In this document: positions 7,723 through 17,513 of the stretch, piece after piece
Position numbering within the stretch: the stretch's first letter is position 1
Layout: each line of letters starts with the position of its first letter
NCBI GenBank assembly: GCA_944384815.1
Contig: CALWUW010000027.1
Span: forward strand, 243-64,242
Direction of reading: 5' to 3'
Length of the DNA stretch: 64,000 nt
Source of the DNA: an uncultured Clostridia bacterium
GTDB lineage: Bacteria; Bacillota; Clostridia; Oscillospirales; Acutalibacteraceae
Made by a program: the position numbers and the translations under genes
The notes under the pieces: model-generated
What the model was told of the DNA's origin: nothing
Database searches by the model: none
Seen by the model: the letters and a program-made list of their open reading frames with translations, nothing else

Positions 7723-8007
7723 TGCGGTGAGCACTCCTTTTTCAGCGGCTTGATAGGGCTGCTTCTGGTTTTATATTGAATAGGAAAAAAAGAGCTAAGG
7801 TTCTGCTCCGGCTCAACATACAGAAAAATTTAAAAGAAAATCCAAAAACGCGGCGGCCGGAAAAAGAACAGGTTTTCTGTTATCATACCAGATATTTTTT
7901 GGAGCCGCAAGGTTTCCCTGTTTTTGGATGTTGCGGAATCTTGTTTTTGCCGGTGAGGAAAGGGCGGAAGTAGGGAAAGGGAGACGGAAAGGCTTCTTCC
8001 TCCGCTC

Positions 8008-8037
8008 TTGACAGTATCAGACAAAAAAGGGTAAAAT
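8008..8037 (+). promoter_or_regulatory. Sigma-A-type promoter TTGACA-18-TAAAAT
   Basis: The hexamers TTGACA (8008-8013) and TAAAAT (8032-8037) lie ~50 nt upstream of the 8088 start codon. Confidence 0.6.
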
Positions 8038-8087
8038 ATCAGTATCTTCAGCCCGATAAACCGGGCATTTCAAGGGAGTTTCTGCAT

Positions 8088-9329
8088 ATGAACAAACGAA
8101 AAGAAGCGGCGCTGAAAATGGCTTCGCTTTCTGTATACAGAGGAATTTTAAAACGCACCGTTCCCGGCGCGCTGTACCAGTTGCTGCAGGCGGAAAAAGA
8201 GGAAGACTTTTTGCAGGCCTGGGGGCGCTTTTTTGCCGTCCTCTGCGAAAGAGGGTACAGCGAAGATCTGGCGGGCTGCATTACAGGCACGGCGCTTTAT
8301 GATGAAAATGCCTTTTCCGTGGCGGCTGCCGCCGGAGAAACGGAATTTGCCGCGCCCCTGCTGGAAGCCGTAAAGCGGGATCTGCAGGTGATTTTGGAAG
8401 TTTCCCGGTTGACGCCCGGCGATCTTTTAGAGGGCTGCCCGGTGGAAGATCCTTACGCTCTGGCTCTTCCTTTTTGGGGGACCGGCCAGCCGGTGTCGGC
8501 GCTGGAGGGAGAAATTTCCCATTGTATCCGCCGAATGGCTGCGTATTATAAAGATAACGGCTGCGGCATGTATGCCCGGTATCGGGCGTTTATCTGGCGG
8601 GATTCCGCCATTCAGCCGGTGGCTTTCCCGGATAAAACCCGCCTGAAGGATCTGAAGGGCTATGAATTGCCCCGGGAATTGGCGGTGAACAATACCCTGG
8701 CGTTTCTGCAGGGGTATCCGGCCAACAACTGCCTTTTGTATGGGGACAGGGGAACCGGAAAATCCTCCACAGTAAAGGCGATGCTTAACGAGTTCTATCC
8801 CCAGGGGCTGCGGGTGATTGAAATGCCCAAGGAATCTTTGATGGATTTCCCCAAGCTGGTGGATCAGATCGCCGCTTTGCCCATGCGGTTTATTATTTTT
8901 ATTGATGATCTTTCCTTTTCCAAGGAAACCGATACCTACGCGGCCCTGAAAGCGGTGCTGGAAGGAGGGCTGGCCGCCCGTCCGGAAAATGCCCTGATCT
9001 ATGCCACCTCCAACCGGCGGCACCTGATTCGGGAAACCTTTTCCGATCGGGAAGGCGATGAGCTTCATCGGGGAGATACTATTCAGGAGACCCTTTCCCT
9101 GGCGGACCGTTTCGGCCTTTCCATCAATTTCAGCCTGCCGGACAAGACCCATTATCTGGAGATCGTGCGGCAGCTGGCAGCTCTTCGGGGAATCGGGATC
9201 CAGGAAAAAGAATTGGAAGCGGCGGCAGAACGTTGGGCGGTGGCCCGGGGAGGGCGTTCACCTCGCTGCGCCAGGCAGTTTATCGACGACGCAGAGGCCA
9301 GATGGAAACGCGGCATGCCTCTGGAGTAA
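8088..9329 (+). CDS. DUF815-type P-loop ATPase (AAA-like), function unknown
   Basis: Walker A is GDRGTGKSS and Walker B is FIIFIDDLSF. The blocks IYATSNRRHLI, SLADRFGL and GGRSPR.ARQFID are typical of the family as I recall it. Confidence 0.8.
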   Translation: MNKRKEAALKMASLSVYRGILKRTVPGALYQLLQAEKEEDFLQAWGRFFAVLCERGYSEDLAGCITGTALYDENAFSVAAAAGETEFAAPLLEAVKRDLQVILEVSRLTPGDLLEGCPVEDPYALALPFWGTGQPVSALEGEISHCIRRMAAYYKDNGCGMYARYRAFIWRDSAIQPVAFPDKTRLKDLKGYELPRELAVNNTLAFLQGYPANNCLLYGDRGTGKSSTVKAMLNEFYPQGLRVIEMPKESLMDFPKLVDQIAALPMRFIIFIDDLSFSKETDTYAALKAVLEGGLAARPENALIYATSNRRHLIRETFSDREGDELHRGDTIQETLSLADRFGLSINFSLPDKTHYLEIVRQLAALRGIGIQEKELEAAAERWAVARGGRSPRCARQFIDDAEARWKRGMPLE

Positions 9330-9339
9330 GGAGGTTTTT

Positions 9340-10587
9340 ATGGATCGGCAAGAAACAAAAAAGACCTTTGGTTTTGCAAAAAAGAAATGGGGAAAACGCC
9401 TTTTAGCAGGAATCCTGGCAGGGGCAATGCTTCTTTTGTCCGCTGTAGGGTGCAGTTCCCCCAACGATGTAACGTCCGGAGCGGGCACCAGTGATTTCCC
9501 TGTGACCATCAACGGCGTGACCATTTCTTCCGAACCGGAAGGTGTGGCTGTGCTTTCCCCTAATCTGGCGGAAGTGGTTTTGGCCATGGGGTATGAGATC
9601 AAACTGAAAGCCAGAAGCGCCGATTGCACCAACGAAGAGCTGAGCGTTCTTCCGGCGGTTTCGCCGGAGGATCCAGAGGGAATCAAAGCCACGGGAGCTT
9701 CCCTGGTGCTGGGAGATGAAGCATTGACGGAAGAGCAGGTAAACAGCCTGACCCAGGCAGGCCTTACGGTTTTGGTGATTCCTTCCGCCAAGGACAGGCA
9801 GGATCTCTCCCGGCTTTATGCCCAGACCGGCGCCGCGCTGAAAGGCGGCTCCACCGGGTATACCAAGGGAGAAAAAACAGCTGATAATATTCTGATTACC
9901 CTGGACGATATCCAGCGAGCGGTAGGGGAACGGGAGACGGTAACCACCGCCTGCTATTTGGTGGATCTGCAAGGAGCCGCCATCACCGGGGACAGTATGC
10001 AGAGCCGCCTGTTTGAATTGGCAGGCCTCTCCAATATTGCCGCCGGTTCGGAAAACGGCCAGCTTACGGATTCCGTGCTGAATTCCTCGGATCCCAATTA
10101 TATTTTTTGTATCACCGGGCTGAAAGATGCCATTCTGACTTCGGAAAAATATGCCGGGCTGACGGCTGTCCAGCAGGGGAAGGTCTATGAAATGCCCTAC
10201 GATTATATTGCGTACCAAGGTCGGGGCATGATTCAGGCCTGCAGCTTTATGGCGGGAACGGTGTACCCGGAGCTTCTGGAAAACAATTCCGTTTCCTCCG
10301 TGCCGCCGGAAGAAGGGTCTTCCTCGGACATTCCGGTGGATCCATCCGGCTATACCACCCTGAAAAGCGGGGACAGCGGCGAAGCGGTTACCCGTCTGCA
10401 GGAACGGCTGGCGGAGCTGGGGTATTTCTATGTAAATCCTACGGGGAATTATCTGGATGTTACTGTGCAATGTGTGAAGGATTTCCAGCTTCTCAATAAT
10501 ATGGCAGCAACAGGAATTGCCGATCCGGAGACCCAGGCGCTTTTGTTCTCAGACGAGGCGATCCCCCGGCCGGAAAGCAATTCTTAA
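9340..10587 (+). CDS. Lipoprotein with a class III (BtuF/FhuD-like) substrate-binding domain fused to a C-terminal peptidoglycan-binding (PG_binding_1-like) domain
   Basis: The lipobox is LLLSAVGCSS. VAVLSPNLAEVVLAMGY is the periplasmic-binding-protein N-lobe motif. The C-terminus LKSGDSGEAVTRLQERLAELGYF...DFQLLNNMAATGIADPETQALLFS resembles a PG-binding repeat. The start lies 10 nt after the DUF815 stop. Confidence 0.75.
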   Translation: MDRQETKKTFGFAKKKWGKRLLAGILAGAMLLLSAVGCSSPNDVTSGAGTSDFPVTINGVTISSEPEGVAVLSPNLAEVVLAMGYEIKLKARSADCTNEELSVLPAVSPEDPEGIKATGASLVLGDEALTEEQVNSLTQAGLTVLVIPSAKDRQDLSRLYAQTGAALKGGSTGYTKGEKTADNILITLDDIQRAVGERETVTTACYLVDLQGAAITGDSMQSRLFELAGLSNIAAGSENGQLTDSVLNSSDPNYIFCITGLKDAILTSEKYAGLTAVQQGKVYEMPYDYIAYQGRGMIQACSFMAGTVYPELLENNSVSSVPPEEGSSSDIPVDPSGYTTLKSGDSGEAVTRLQERLAELGYFYVNPTGNYLDVTVQCVKDFQLLNNMAATGIADPETQALLFSDEAIPRPESNS

Positions 10588-10682
10588 CCTAAAGAACAGG
10601 AAAAAAGTTCTGCGCAAAAGGGAGAAATTTTGCAGAAAATTCTGTATATTTTTTCAGAATGCAAAGGGCTTCTTTTTAAGGG

Positions 10683-10723
10683 AAACAGGCCTGCTTTGTG
10701 GGACAAAGCAGGCCTGTTTTTTT
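10683..10723 (+). terminator. Intrinsic terminator
   Basis: A 16-bp stem AAACAGGCCTGCTTTG/CAAAGCAGGCCTGTTT is followed by a T-run. Confidence 0.85.
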
Positions 10724-10848
10724 CTCCATATTTAAAATCAATAGAAAAAAAGTTTTAGAATATCCCACAAAAAACACAATAACCAGTGTCAAAAGGATAG
10801 AAATCACTCTTTTTGGCAATCACTTTTTGCCTTTTCGCACCTTACGTA

Positions 10849-10877
10849 TTGACCGGATGAAAGGGAAGGATTATATT
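10849..10877 (+). promoter_or_regulatory. Sigma-A-type promoter TTGACC-17-TATATT for the first binding-protein gene
   Basis: The hexamers and the 17-nt spacer were read directly from the sequence. Confidence 0.6.
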
Positions 10878-10985
10878 GAGTGCATGATACATGGTGTCAT
10901 CAGAGAAGTATAACGTGTGCGCGCTTTCGTTATGTTCTGTATCCTGTGTCCACTGAATTTTGTCTTATGCGAGGAGGAAAATAAA

Positions 10986-12785
10986 ATGGTGTTCAGCAAA
11001 AAGAGAGCAGGAAGTCTGCTTTTGGCGCTGGCTTTGTGCCTGGGAACAGCTGCTTGCAGCCAGTCCCCCGCCAGTGAAAGCGGATCTCCTTCCGGTTCTC
11101 CTTCCGGTTCTTCTTCCGGAACGGAGGGCGGAATCCCGGAGATCGAACTGACCGGCGAGACCAATGTTTATGGTTGGGAAGTTCCTAAGGAGACGATTTC
11201 GTTTGCGTATTATTCGGCCTCGGACAGCACGGTAAACCAGGACGAGGAAAATGAAAGAATCCAGGCAGTTACCAGTCTTTATGAGGAAGAATTCAATCTG
11301 AAGATCCAGAAGATCGTTTATAAGCAGGATCCCACGGAGCGTCTGAACCTGATGCTCACGGGCAATGAGTATCCGGACGCCATCGTTGGCATGCCGGAGG
11401 CTATGGCCAGCACGTTCATCTCCCAGGAAAGAGCTGTAGAGCTGACTCCTTATCTGGACAAATATGGCCAGGGCGTGTACGATGCTTTGGGCAAATATGT
11501 AAACCTGATGAAGGAAGAGGACGGCTCTCTGTACAAGATGCCGTATACATACGGTCATACCACCGACTTCCTGGGCCAGGACTTCTCTATTCGTAATGAC
11601 CTTCTGAAGAAAGCCGGGCTGGATTATCCGGAAAGCTTTGAAGAGTACTACGAAGCTATGAAGACCATTCTGGAGCAGAACCCCACCAACGAGAATGGTG
11701 AAAAGGCTTATGCGTTTACAGCATTTTCCGCTAAGGGCGAAGAATTCTATCAGGCGCCTCTGGCTCTGCTGGGCTTCTATGGCTCCCCCACCGGCTACTA
11801 CAAGATGGACGACGAAGGCACCATTACCCACTGGGTAGACACCGAGGAAGGCCTCTGGGTAGCCAAATACATCAACCAGTTCTGGAGAGACGGCATGATC
11901 GACCCCGACTTCCAGACCAAGGACTATGACCAGTCTGTTGCCTTTATGTCCAGTGAACGTGTATACGGCAACCTCGGCACCTGGTGGTACAACCGTGTAG
12001 GCGCGGAAAACGTTTGGTCCGCTACGGAGTCGGATTGGACCGTTGAGAAGCGTATGCAGAACATGGTTTGGGAGACGGAGGGCTACACTCCCCGCACCAT
12101 CCGCGACAACTTTGTAGGCAGCACCCGCAGCATCATTACCGATAAAGCGGAGCATCCGGAATGGATCGTAAAGTACTGGGATTGGGAAACCACTCCTCTG
12201 GCCTTTGAGCTCCTGCGTCATGGCCCCATGGACACCGGTCTGTGGACTGTAAATGAAGACGGCGATATCGTAGAAGATGAGAAAATGCTCTTCGGCGATC
12301 CGGAAGATCCCAACTGGACCTATAACGACGCAGTAAGCAAGAACGGCGGCTTCAGCTATGTAATGATGGTTCCCGGCGCTACTCCTGAGCACCGCGTGGA
12401 AGATCCCAGCGAAGGCTGGGCGGATCCTGTGGAAGCTGTTAACCTGTGGGGCGGCACCTGGAAATGGGAACTGGTAGACCAGAGCAAGATGACCCCCATC
12501 ATGATGATGGAACTGCTGCCCAGAGAGACGGAAAAGCCTTATCTGTGGGATCAGACGATTTGGACGGTAAACTGGTCTTCTGACGACCCGACTTATGTAA
12601 CCTATACCGACATCAAGGAAGCCATCGTAGCGGACTGGATCAAGGTGGTTATGGCAGAATCCGAAGAGCAGTGCGAACAGTATTTTAACGAGATGAAAGA
12701 ACATCTGCATAGCCTGGGCTTGGACGATGTAACGGCTTATCAGCAGGAATGCGTAACAGCCAACAGAACCAAGCTGGAAGGCTGA
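10986..12785 (+). CDS. Large extracellular solute-binding lipoprotein (LplA/family-1 type), paralogue 1
   Basis: The lipobox is LGTAAC, followed by a Ser/Gly linker and then IPEIELTGETN.YGWE.PKETISF. It is ~70% identical by eye to the two downstream genes. A GAGGAGG RBS precedes the ATG at 10986. Confidence 0.85.
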   Translation: MVFSKKRAGSLLLALALCLGTAACSQSPASESGSPSGSPSGSSSGTEGGIPEIELTGETNVYGWEVPKETISFAYYSASDSTVNQDEENERIQAVTSLYEEEFNLKIQKIVYKQDPTERLNLMLTGNEYPDAIVGMPEAMASTFISQERAVELTPYLDKYGQGVYDALGKYVNLMKEEDGSLYKMPYTYGHTTDFLGQDFSIRNDLLKKAGLDYPESFEEYYEAMKTILEQNPTNENGEKAYAFTAFSAKGEEFYQAPLALLGFYGSPTGYYKMDDEGTITHWVDTEEGLWVAKYINQFWRDGMIDPDFQTKDYDQSVAFMSSERVYGNLGTWWYNRVGAENVWSATESDWTVEKRMQNMVWETEGYTPRTIRDNFVGSTRSIITDKAEHPEWIVKYWDWETTPLAFELLRHGPMDTGLWTVNEDGDIVEDEKMLFGDPEDPNWTYNDAVSKNGGFSYVMMVPGATPEHRVEDPSEGWADPVEAVNLWGGTWKWELVDQSKMTPIMMMELLPRETEKPYLWDQTIWTVNWSSDDPTYVTYTDIKEAIVADWIKVVMAESEEQCEQYFNEMKEHLHSLGLDDVTAYQQECVTANRTKLEG

Positions 12786-12826
12786 TTGGAGTTTCCCGGA
12801 AATTCTAAACCTTTTGTATTTTGTGA

Positions 12827-12855
12827 AGCCCGGCTCTGTAGAGCAGAGCCGGGCT
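12827..12855 (+). terminator. Stem-loop after paralogue 1 (terminator-like, weak U-tract)
   Basis: A 12-bp stem AGCCCGGCTCTG/CAGAGCCGGGCT is present. Confidence 0.5.
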
Positions 12856-13190
12856 CATAAAATGAAAACCTGACTTTGAATATGGCAGCTTTACAAAACC
12901 AGATGCTTTTAAAAGCAACGGCAATACCTTAAAGGATAAAAGCTTTTTTACCATTTTCTGTACGGGATTCTCTTTCGAAACGTCAGAAAAAATGGAGTTC
13001 ATACCAAGAGAGAAACGCAGGATGATTTATGGCAGAAAACTAAGTTGGGAGCCTGACGATTCTAAAGATGAATTTCTTGAAAGATCCTGGGTTTCAGAAA
13101 GCAGGAATTATAGATTTTAAAAATTTGAAAACAACCTAAAACAGGTATAAATAAACGTACAAGATTTTTTAATCCGTTCTTTCTTTCCAC

Positions 13191-13224
13191 AAAATTCTCC
13201 GCTTTAAAAGCGGAGAATTTTGTT
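13191..13224 (+). terminator. Second terminator-like hairpin in the AT-rich gap
   Basis: The stem AAAATTCTCCGC/GCGGAGAATTTT ends in TTTTGTT. Confidence 0.5.
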
Positions 13225-13307
13225 ATAATAAACCACGTCAAAAAGTTAGATTTTGATGTATTAATATATTGTTTCGTTCATTATTCTTTTATAATACTTG
13301 AAAAAAT

Positions 13308-13336
13308 AAAGGAAACGGTATATACTGCTCGTCAGT
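13308..13336 (+). promoter_or_regulatory. Sigma-A-type promoter TTGAAA-17-TATACT
   Basis: Read directly from the sequence, ~110 nt upstream of the 13446 start. Confidence 0.65.
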
Positions 13337-13445
13337 TTAGGTGCCTAAAAAACATACAATCGTTTTGGATAAGATTGTATAGAAAAGAGAGATTTGTTTC
13401 CTGTTTCTTTAAGATTTAAAAGAAAGGCAAGGGAGGATCTTATAA

Positions 13446-15245
13446 ATGAAAAAAAGCAAAAGATGGCTGGGTCTGTTGATGGCCGGCGCAATGCTTGTAA
13501 GCGCTGCTGCCTGTAATCAGACACCTGCCAGCGAAAGCGGATCGTCATCCGGTACATCTTCTGGAACGTCTTCCGGCAGTGAAGAAGGCGGCGTTCCGGA
13601 GATCGAGCTTACCGGTGAGACCAACAAGTATGGCTGGGAAATTCCCAAAGAGACCATTTCCTTCGAGTACTATGAAGCGTACGAAGGCGATCAGGGTGAC
13701 GAGGATGAGCGCTTGGCGCAGGTGGATTCCGTCCTGAAGGACGAGTTCAATCTGGAAATTCAGAAGATCCTGTATAAGCAGGCTCCCAACGAGCGTCTGC
13801 AGTTGATGCTCCAGAGCAACGATTATCCGGATGCTATTATCGGCATGGATGACTCCCAGGCTAACACCTTTATCGATCAGGGAAGAGCCGTGGAACTGAC
13901 CCCCTATCTGGAGAAATATGGTCAGAATATTCTGGCTGGCTTGGGCAACTACATCAACCTGATGAAGGATGACGAAGGCAACGTATACAAACTTCCTCAG
14001 AGCTATGGTGATACCACCGATACTCTGGGCCGCTCCTTCTCTGTTCGTGCCGACCTGTTGAAGAAAGCAGGTTTGGACTTCCCCACCAGCTTTGAAGAGT
14101 ATTATGAAGCCATCAAGACTATGGTAGAGCAGAATCCCACCAACGAAGCCGGTGAAAAGACCTACGGCTTTACGGCATTTACCATGAAGGGCGAGGAATT
14201 CTATCAGACGCCTCTGGCTTACCTGGGCTTCTACGGCTCTCCCACGGGCTACTACAAGATGGACGATTCCGGCAAGATCACCCACTGGGTGGACACCGAA
14301 GAAGGCCTCTGGGTAGCCAAGTACATCAACCAGTTCTGGAGAGATGGTCTGATCGATCCTGACTTCCAGACTAAGGACTATGACCAGTCCATCGCTTTCA
14401 TGTCCAACGAGCGCGTAGTGGGTAACATCGGCACTTGGTGGCACCCCTACTGCGGCGGCCATCAGATTTGGATGACCACCGATCCCGACTGGACCATTGA
14501 GAAGCACTTCCAGGAAGTAACTTGGGAAACCGATGGCGAAACTCCTCGTCTGATTTCCAACAACTTCATCCGTACCCAGAGAAACATCATCACCGATAAG
14601 GCTGAGCATCCCGAATGGCTGATCAAGTACGGCAACTGGGAGACCACTCCTATGGGCGTTGCGTTCGTTTCCATGGGGCCGGAAGGCGAAGATCGCCCCT
14701 GGAAGATCAATGAGGACGGCGAGATTCAGGTTAGCGATTATATGTACTACGGCAAACCCGGCGATGACTCCTTCCTGTGGGATACCTGGGAAGCCGATCT
14801 GGGCGCTGGCAACTATCAGATGTTCGTTCCTGCCTACACGCCTGTAAGCCGCAGAGACAATCCGGCCGAAGGCTGGGCTGCCCCCACTATCTCTGTTAAC
14901 ATCTGGGGAACCGTAAGTGACTTCTCTCAGTTGGATCAGAGCAAACTGGGCGCTGACCGTCTGGTGGATATGTACAACGCGGAAACCGCCAAGACTTATC
15001 TGTGGGATCAGACCATGTGGAGCATCTCCTTTGCGGCGGATGATCCCAGATCGATCACTTATACAGATATCTCCACTGCTATTGCGGCGGACTGGATCAA
15101 GGTGGTTATGGCAGAATCCGAAGAGCAGTGCGAGCAGCTCTTTAACGACATGAGAGATAACCTGCATGCTTTGGGTCTGGACGATATCGTTGCCTATCAG
15201 CAGGAAACGGTAACAGCCAACACCAATAAGTTTGAGGGCAAATAA
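13446..15245 (+). CDS. Large extracellular solute-binding lipoprotein, paralogue 2
   Basis: The lipobox is VSAAAC. A GGGAGG RBS is present and the conserved blocks match paralogue 1. Confidence 0.9.
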   Translation: MKKSKRWLGLLMAGAMLVSAAACNQTPASESGSSSGTSSGTSSGSEEGGVPEIELTGETNKYGWEIPKETISFEYYEAYEGDQGDEDERLAQVDSVLKDEFNLEIQKILYKQAPNERLQLMLQSNDYPDAIIGMDDSQANTFIDQGRAVELTPYLEKYGQNILAGLGNYINLMKDDEGNVYKLPQSYGDTTDTLGRSFSVRADLLKKAGLDFPTSFEEYYEAIKTMVEQNPTNEAGEKTYGFTAFTMKGEEFYQTPLAYLGFYGSPTGYYKMDDSGKITHWVDTEEGLWVAKYINQFWRDGLIDPDFQTKDYDQSIAFMSNERVVGNIGTWWHPYCGGHQIWMTTDPDWTIEKHFQEVTWETDGETPRLISNNFIRTQRNIITDKAEHPEWLIKYGNWETTPMGVAFVSMGPEGEDRPWKINEDGEIQVSDYMYYGKPGDDSFLWDTWEADLGAGNYQMFVPAYTPVSRRDNPAEGWAAPTISVNIWGTVSDFSQLDQSKLGADRLVDMYNAETAKTYLWDQTMWSISFAADDPRSITYTDISTAIAADWIKVVMAESEEQCEQLFNDMRDNLHALGLDDIVAYQQETVTANTNKFEGK

Positions 15246-15272
15246 GTCTGTGAGTAAAAACAGATAAATCTC

Positions 15273-15316
15273 AGCACTCCAAGATGGAAAACTCCATCTT
15301 GGAGTGCTTCTTATTT
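15273..15316 (+). terminator. Intrinsic terminator
   Basis: A 16-bp stem AGCACTCCAAGATGGA/TCCATCTTGGAGTGCT is followed by TCTTATTT. Confidence 0.8.
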
Positions 15317-15389
15317 AGCAATAATCAGTGGTAAAACGATAGAATTCATGTGCTTTTTATATACTTTATTATGTTTTCTAAGTTTTTAA

Positions 15390-15418
15390 TTGATTTTCTC
15401 TTTTTTCTGAATTATACT
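15390..15418 (+). promoter_or_regulatory. Sigma-A-type promoter TTGATT-17-TATACT
   Basis: Read directly from the sequence. Confidence 0.6.
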
Positions 15419-15518
15419 GTAATTACAACAAATCGGATAAAAATAAGCCACATTCTTTATATAAAATAGTTATATAGACGAAAGCTTGTTTTGTCCGAAA
15501 ATTAGGGAGGAAATTAAG

Positions 15519-17321
15519 ATGAAAAGAGGAAAACGATGGATAAGTTTGCTGCTGTCGGGCATTCTGTTAGCCAGCGCCGCGGCCTGCAGTCAGACACCCG
15601 CCAGTGAAAGCAGCTCGTCGTCCGGTTCTTCTTCCGGAACATCTTCCGGTAGTGAAGAAGGAGGCGTTCCGGAGATTGAGCTTACCGGTGAGACCAACAA
15701 GTACGGCTGGGAAATCCCCAAAGAAACCATTGCTTTTGACTATTACATGGCAGAAGAGGGAGATCAGGGCGAAGAGGACGAAAGAATCGCGGAAATTACC
15801 CAGATCTTTAAAGATGAGTTTAATTTGGAGATCAAAAAGATTCTTTACAAGCAGGCTCCTACGGAACGTTTGCAGTTAATGCTTACCGGCAACGAATATC
15901 CGGACGCTATTGTGGCAATGGATGATGCTATGGCTAATGATTTTATTTCCCAGGATCGTGCTGTGGAATTGACACCGTATCTGGAAAAATACGGTGACGA
16001 TGTTTTAGCTGCTCTGGGAAAATACGTCAACCTGATGAAGGATGACGAAGGGAATCTGTATAAACTTCCCTATAGCTACGGACATACCACCGATTATATG
16101 GGCAAGGATTTCTCCATTCGGAACGATCTTTTGAAGGAAGCCGGACTGGATTATCCGGACAGCTTTGAGTCCTATTATGAGGCCCTGAAGACCATCGTGG
16201 AGCAGAACCCCACTAACGAAGCCGGTGAAAAAACCTATGGATTTACCGCCTTCTCTCTCAAGGGCGAAGAATTCTATCAGGTTCCCCTGGCATTCCTGGG
16301 ATTCTACGGCGCGCCAACCGGTTACTATAAGATGGACGACGGCGGTAAGATCACTCACTGGGTAGACACCGAGGAAGGCCTTTGGGTAGCGAAGTACATC
16401 AACCAGTTCTGGAGAGATGGCCTTATTGATCCAGATTTCCAGACCAAGGATTATGACCAGTCTGTTGCCTTTATGTCCACCGGTCGTGTATTGGGCAACA
16501 TCGGTACTTGGTGGCACAACCGTGTAGGCGCAGAGAATATTTGGGTACAGACGGATCCCAACTGGACCAATGAAAAGCGGATGCAGAACCTGACTTGGGA
16601 AACCGGAGACGCGACTCCCAGGCTGATCACGGATAACTTTATCCGTACCCAGAGAACCATTATCACGGACAAAGCGGAACATCCGGAATGGATCGTAAAA
16701 TACTGGAACTGGGAAACCACGCCTAAGGCAGTGGCGCTTCTGCGGGATGGTCCGGAAGGCGGAGAGGACCGCTGCTGGTCTATCAATGAAGACGGACTGT
16801 GCGAAGTAAATGAAAAATGCTGGTATGGTGATCCGGACGATCCTCAGTTCCTGTGGGATAATCTCCGGGATCAGAACGGCGGATTCAACTATGTGATGAT
16901 GGCTCCCGGGTACACTCCGGAAAGCCGTGTGGAAAATCCTGCGGAAGGATGGGCGCCTCCTGTGGAAACCATCAACCTGTGGGGCGGAACAGCGTTTGCC
17001 AATCAAATTGACCAGAGCCGGTTGACGGAAATGGGCAGAATGGATGCCCTGATCCAGGAAACTTCCGATCCGTATCTGTGGGATCAGACCATGTGGAGCA
17101 TTTCCTTTGAGGCGGATGACCCCAGAGGAATTATGTATACCGATATCAAGGAAGCCATTGTGGCGGACTGGATCAAGGTGGTTATGGCGGAATCTGAGGA
17201 GCAGTGCGAGCAGCTCTTCAATGAGATGAAGGAACATCTGCATTCTTTGGGGCTGGACGAAATCGTTGCTTATCAGCAAGAAACGGTAACGACCAACACC
17301 GAGAAATTTGAAGGAAAATAA
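15519..17321 (+). CDS. Large extracellular solute-binding lipoprotein, paralogue 3
   Basis: The lipobox is LASAAAC. An AGGGAGG RBS precedes the ATG at 15519, and the track start at 15486 is probably too long. Confidence 0.9.
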   Translation: MKRGKRWISLLLSGILLASAAACSQTPASESSSSSGSSSGTSSGSEEGGVPEIELTGETNKYGWEIPKETIAFDYYMAEEGDQGEEDERIAEITQIFKDEFNLEIKKILYKQAPTERLQLMLTGNEYPDAIVAMDDAMANDFISQDRAVELTPYLEKYGDDVLAALGKYVNLMKDDEGNLYKLPYSYGHTTDYMGKDFSIRNDLLKEAGLDYPDSFESYYEALKTIVEQNPTNEAGEKTYGFTAFSLKGEEFYQVPLAFLGFYGAPTGYYKMDDGGKITHWVDTEEGLWVAKYINQFWRDGLIDPDFQTKDYDQSVAFMSTGRVLGNIGTWWHNRVGAENIWVQTDPNWTNEKRMQNLTWETGDATPRLITDNFIRTQRTIITDKAEHPEWIVKYWNWETTPKAVALLRDGPEGGEDRCWSINEDGLCEVNEKCWYGDPDDPQFLWDNLRDQNGGFNYVMMAPGYTPESRVENPAEGWAPPVETINLWGGTAFANQIDQSRLTEMGRMDALIQETSDPYLWDQTMWSISFEADDPRGIMYTDIKEAIVADWIKVVMAESEEQCEQLFNEMKEHLHSLGLDEIVAYQQETVTTNTEKFEGK

Positions 17322-17478
17322 GGAAAATAGTTCTACAAAGGTTTCTGTGGAATTTGCAGCGACTTACAAGAAAGGCGGCGCAGAAATGCGCTGCCTTTCC
17401 AGTTTAAAAAATAAGTACAGGCAAAAAGTTTGATATTCATACTTTTATACAGTTCTTTGAAAAAATCGGAATTTTATC

Positions 17479-17507
17479 TTGCTATTTTTATTAGGGGACG
17501 ATATACT
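17479..17507 (+). promoter_or_regulatory. Orphan sigma-A-type promoter TTGCTA-17-TATACT with no annotated gene downstream
   Basis: It has the same TATACTG -10 flavour as the binding-protein promoters. A strong terminator follows ~135 nt later. Confidence 0.5.
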
Positions 17508-17513
17508 GTAACC

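Noticed and set aside
12805-13002. A 65-codon minus-strand ORF in the AT-rich gap after binding-protein gene 1.
   Set aside because: It runs through the terminator hairpin of the upstream gene, has no RBS, and has AT-rich random-looking composition.
10965-17279. Minus-strand ORFs of 581, 540 and 424 codons opposite the three binding-protein genes.
   Set aside because: Each mirrors a + strand lipoprotein gene that has a lipobox, RBS, promoter and terminator. Their conservation across the three antisense ORFs simply reflects the paralogy of the sense genes.
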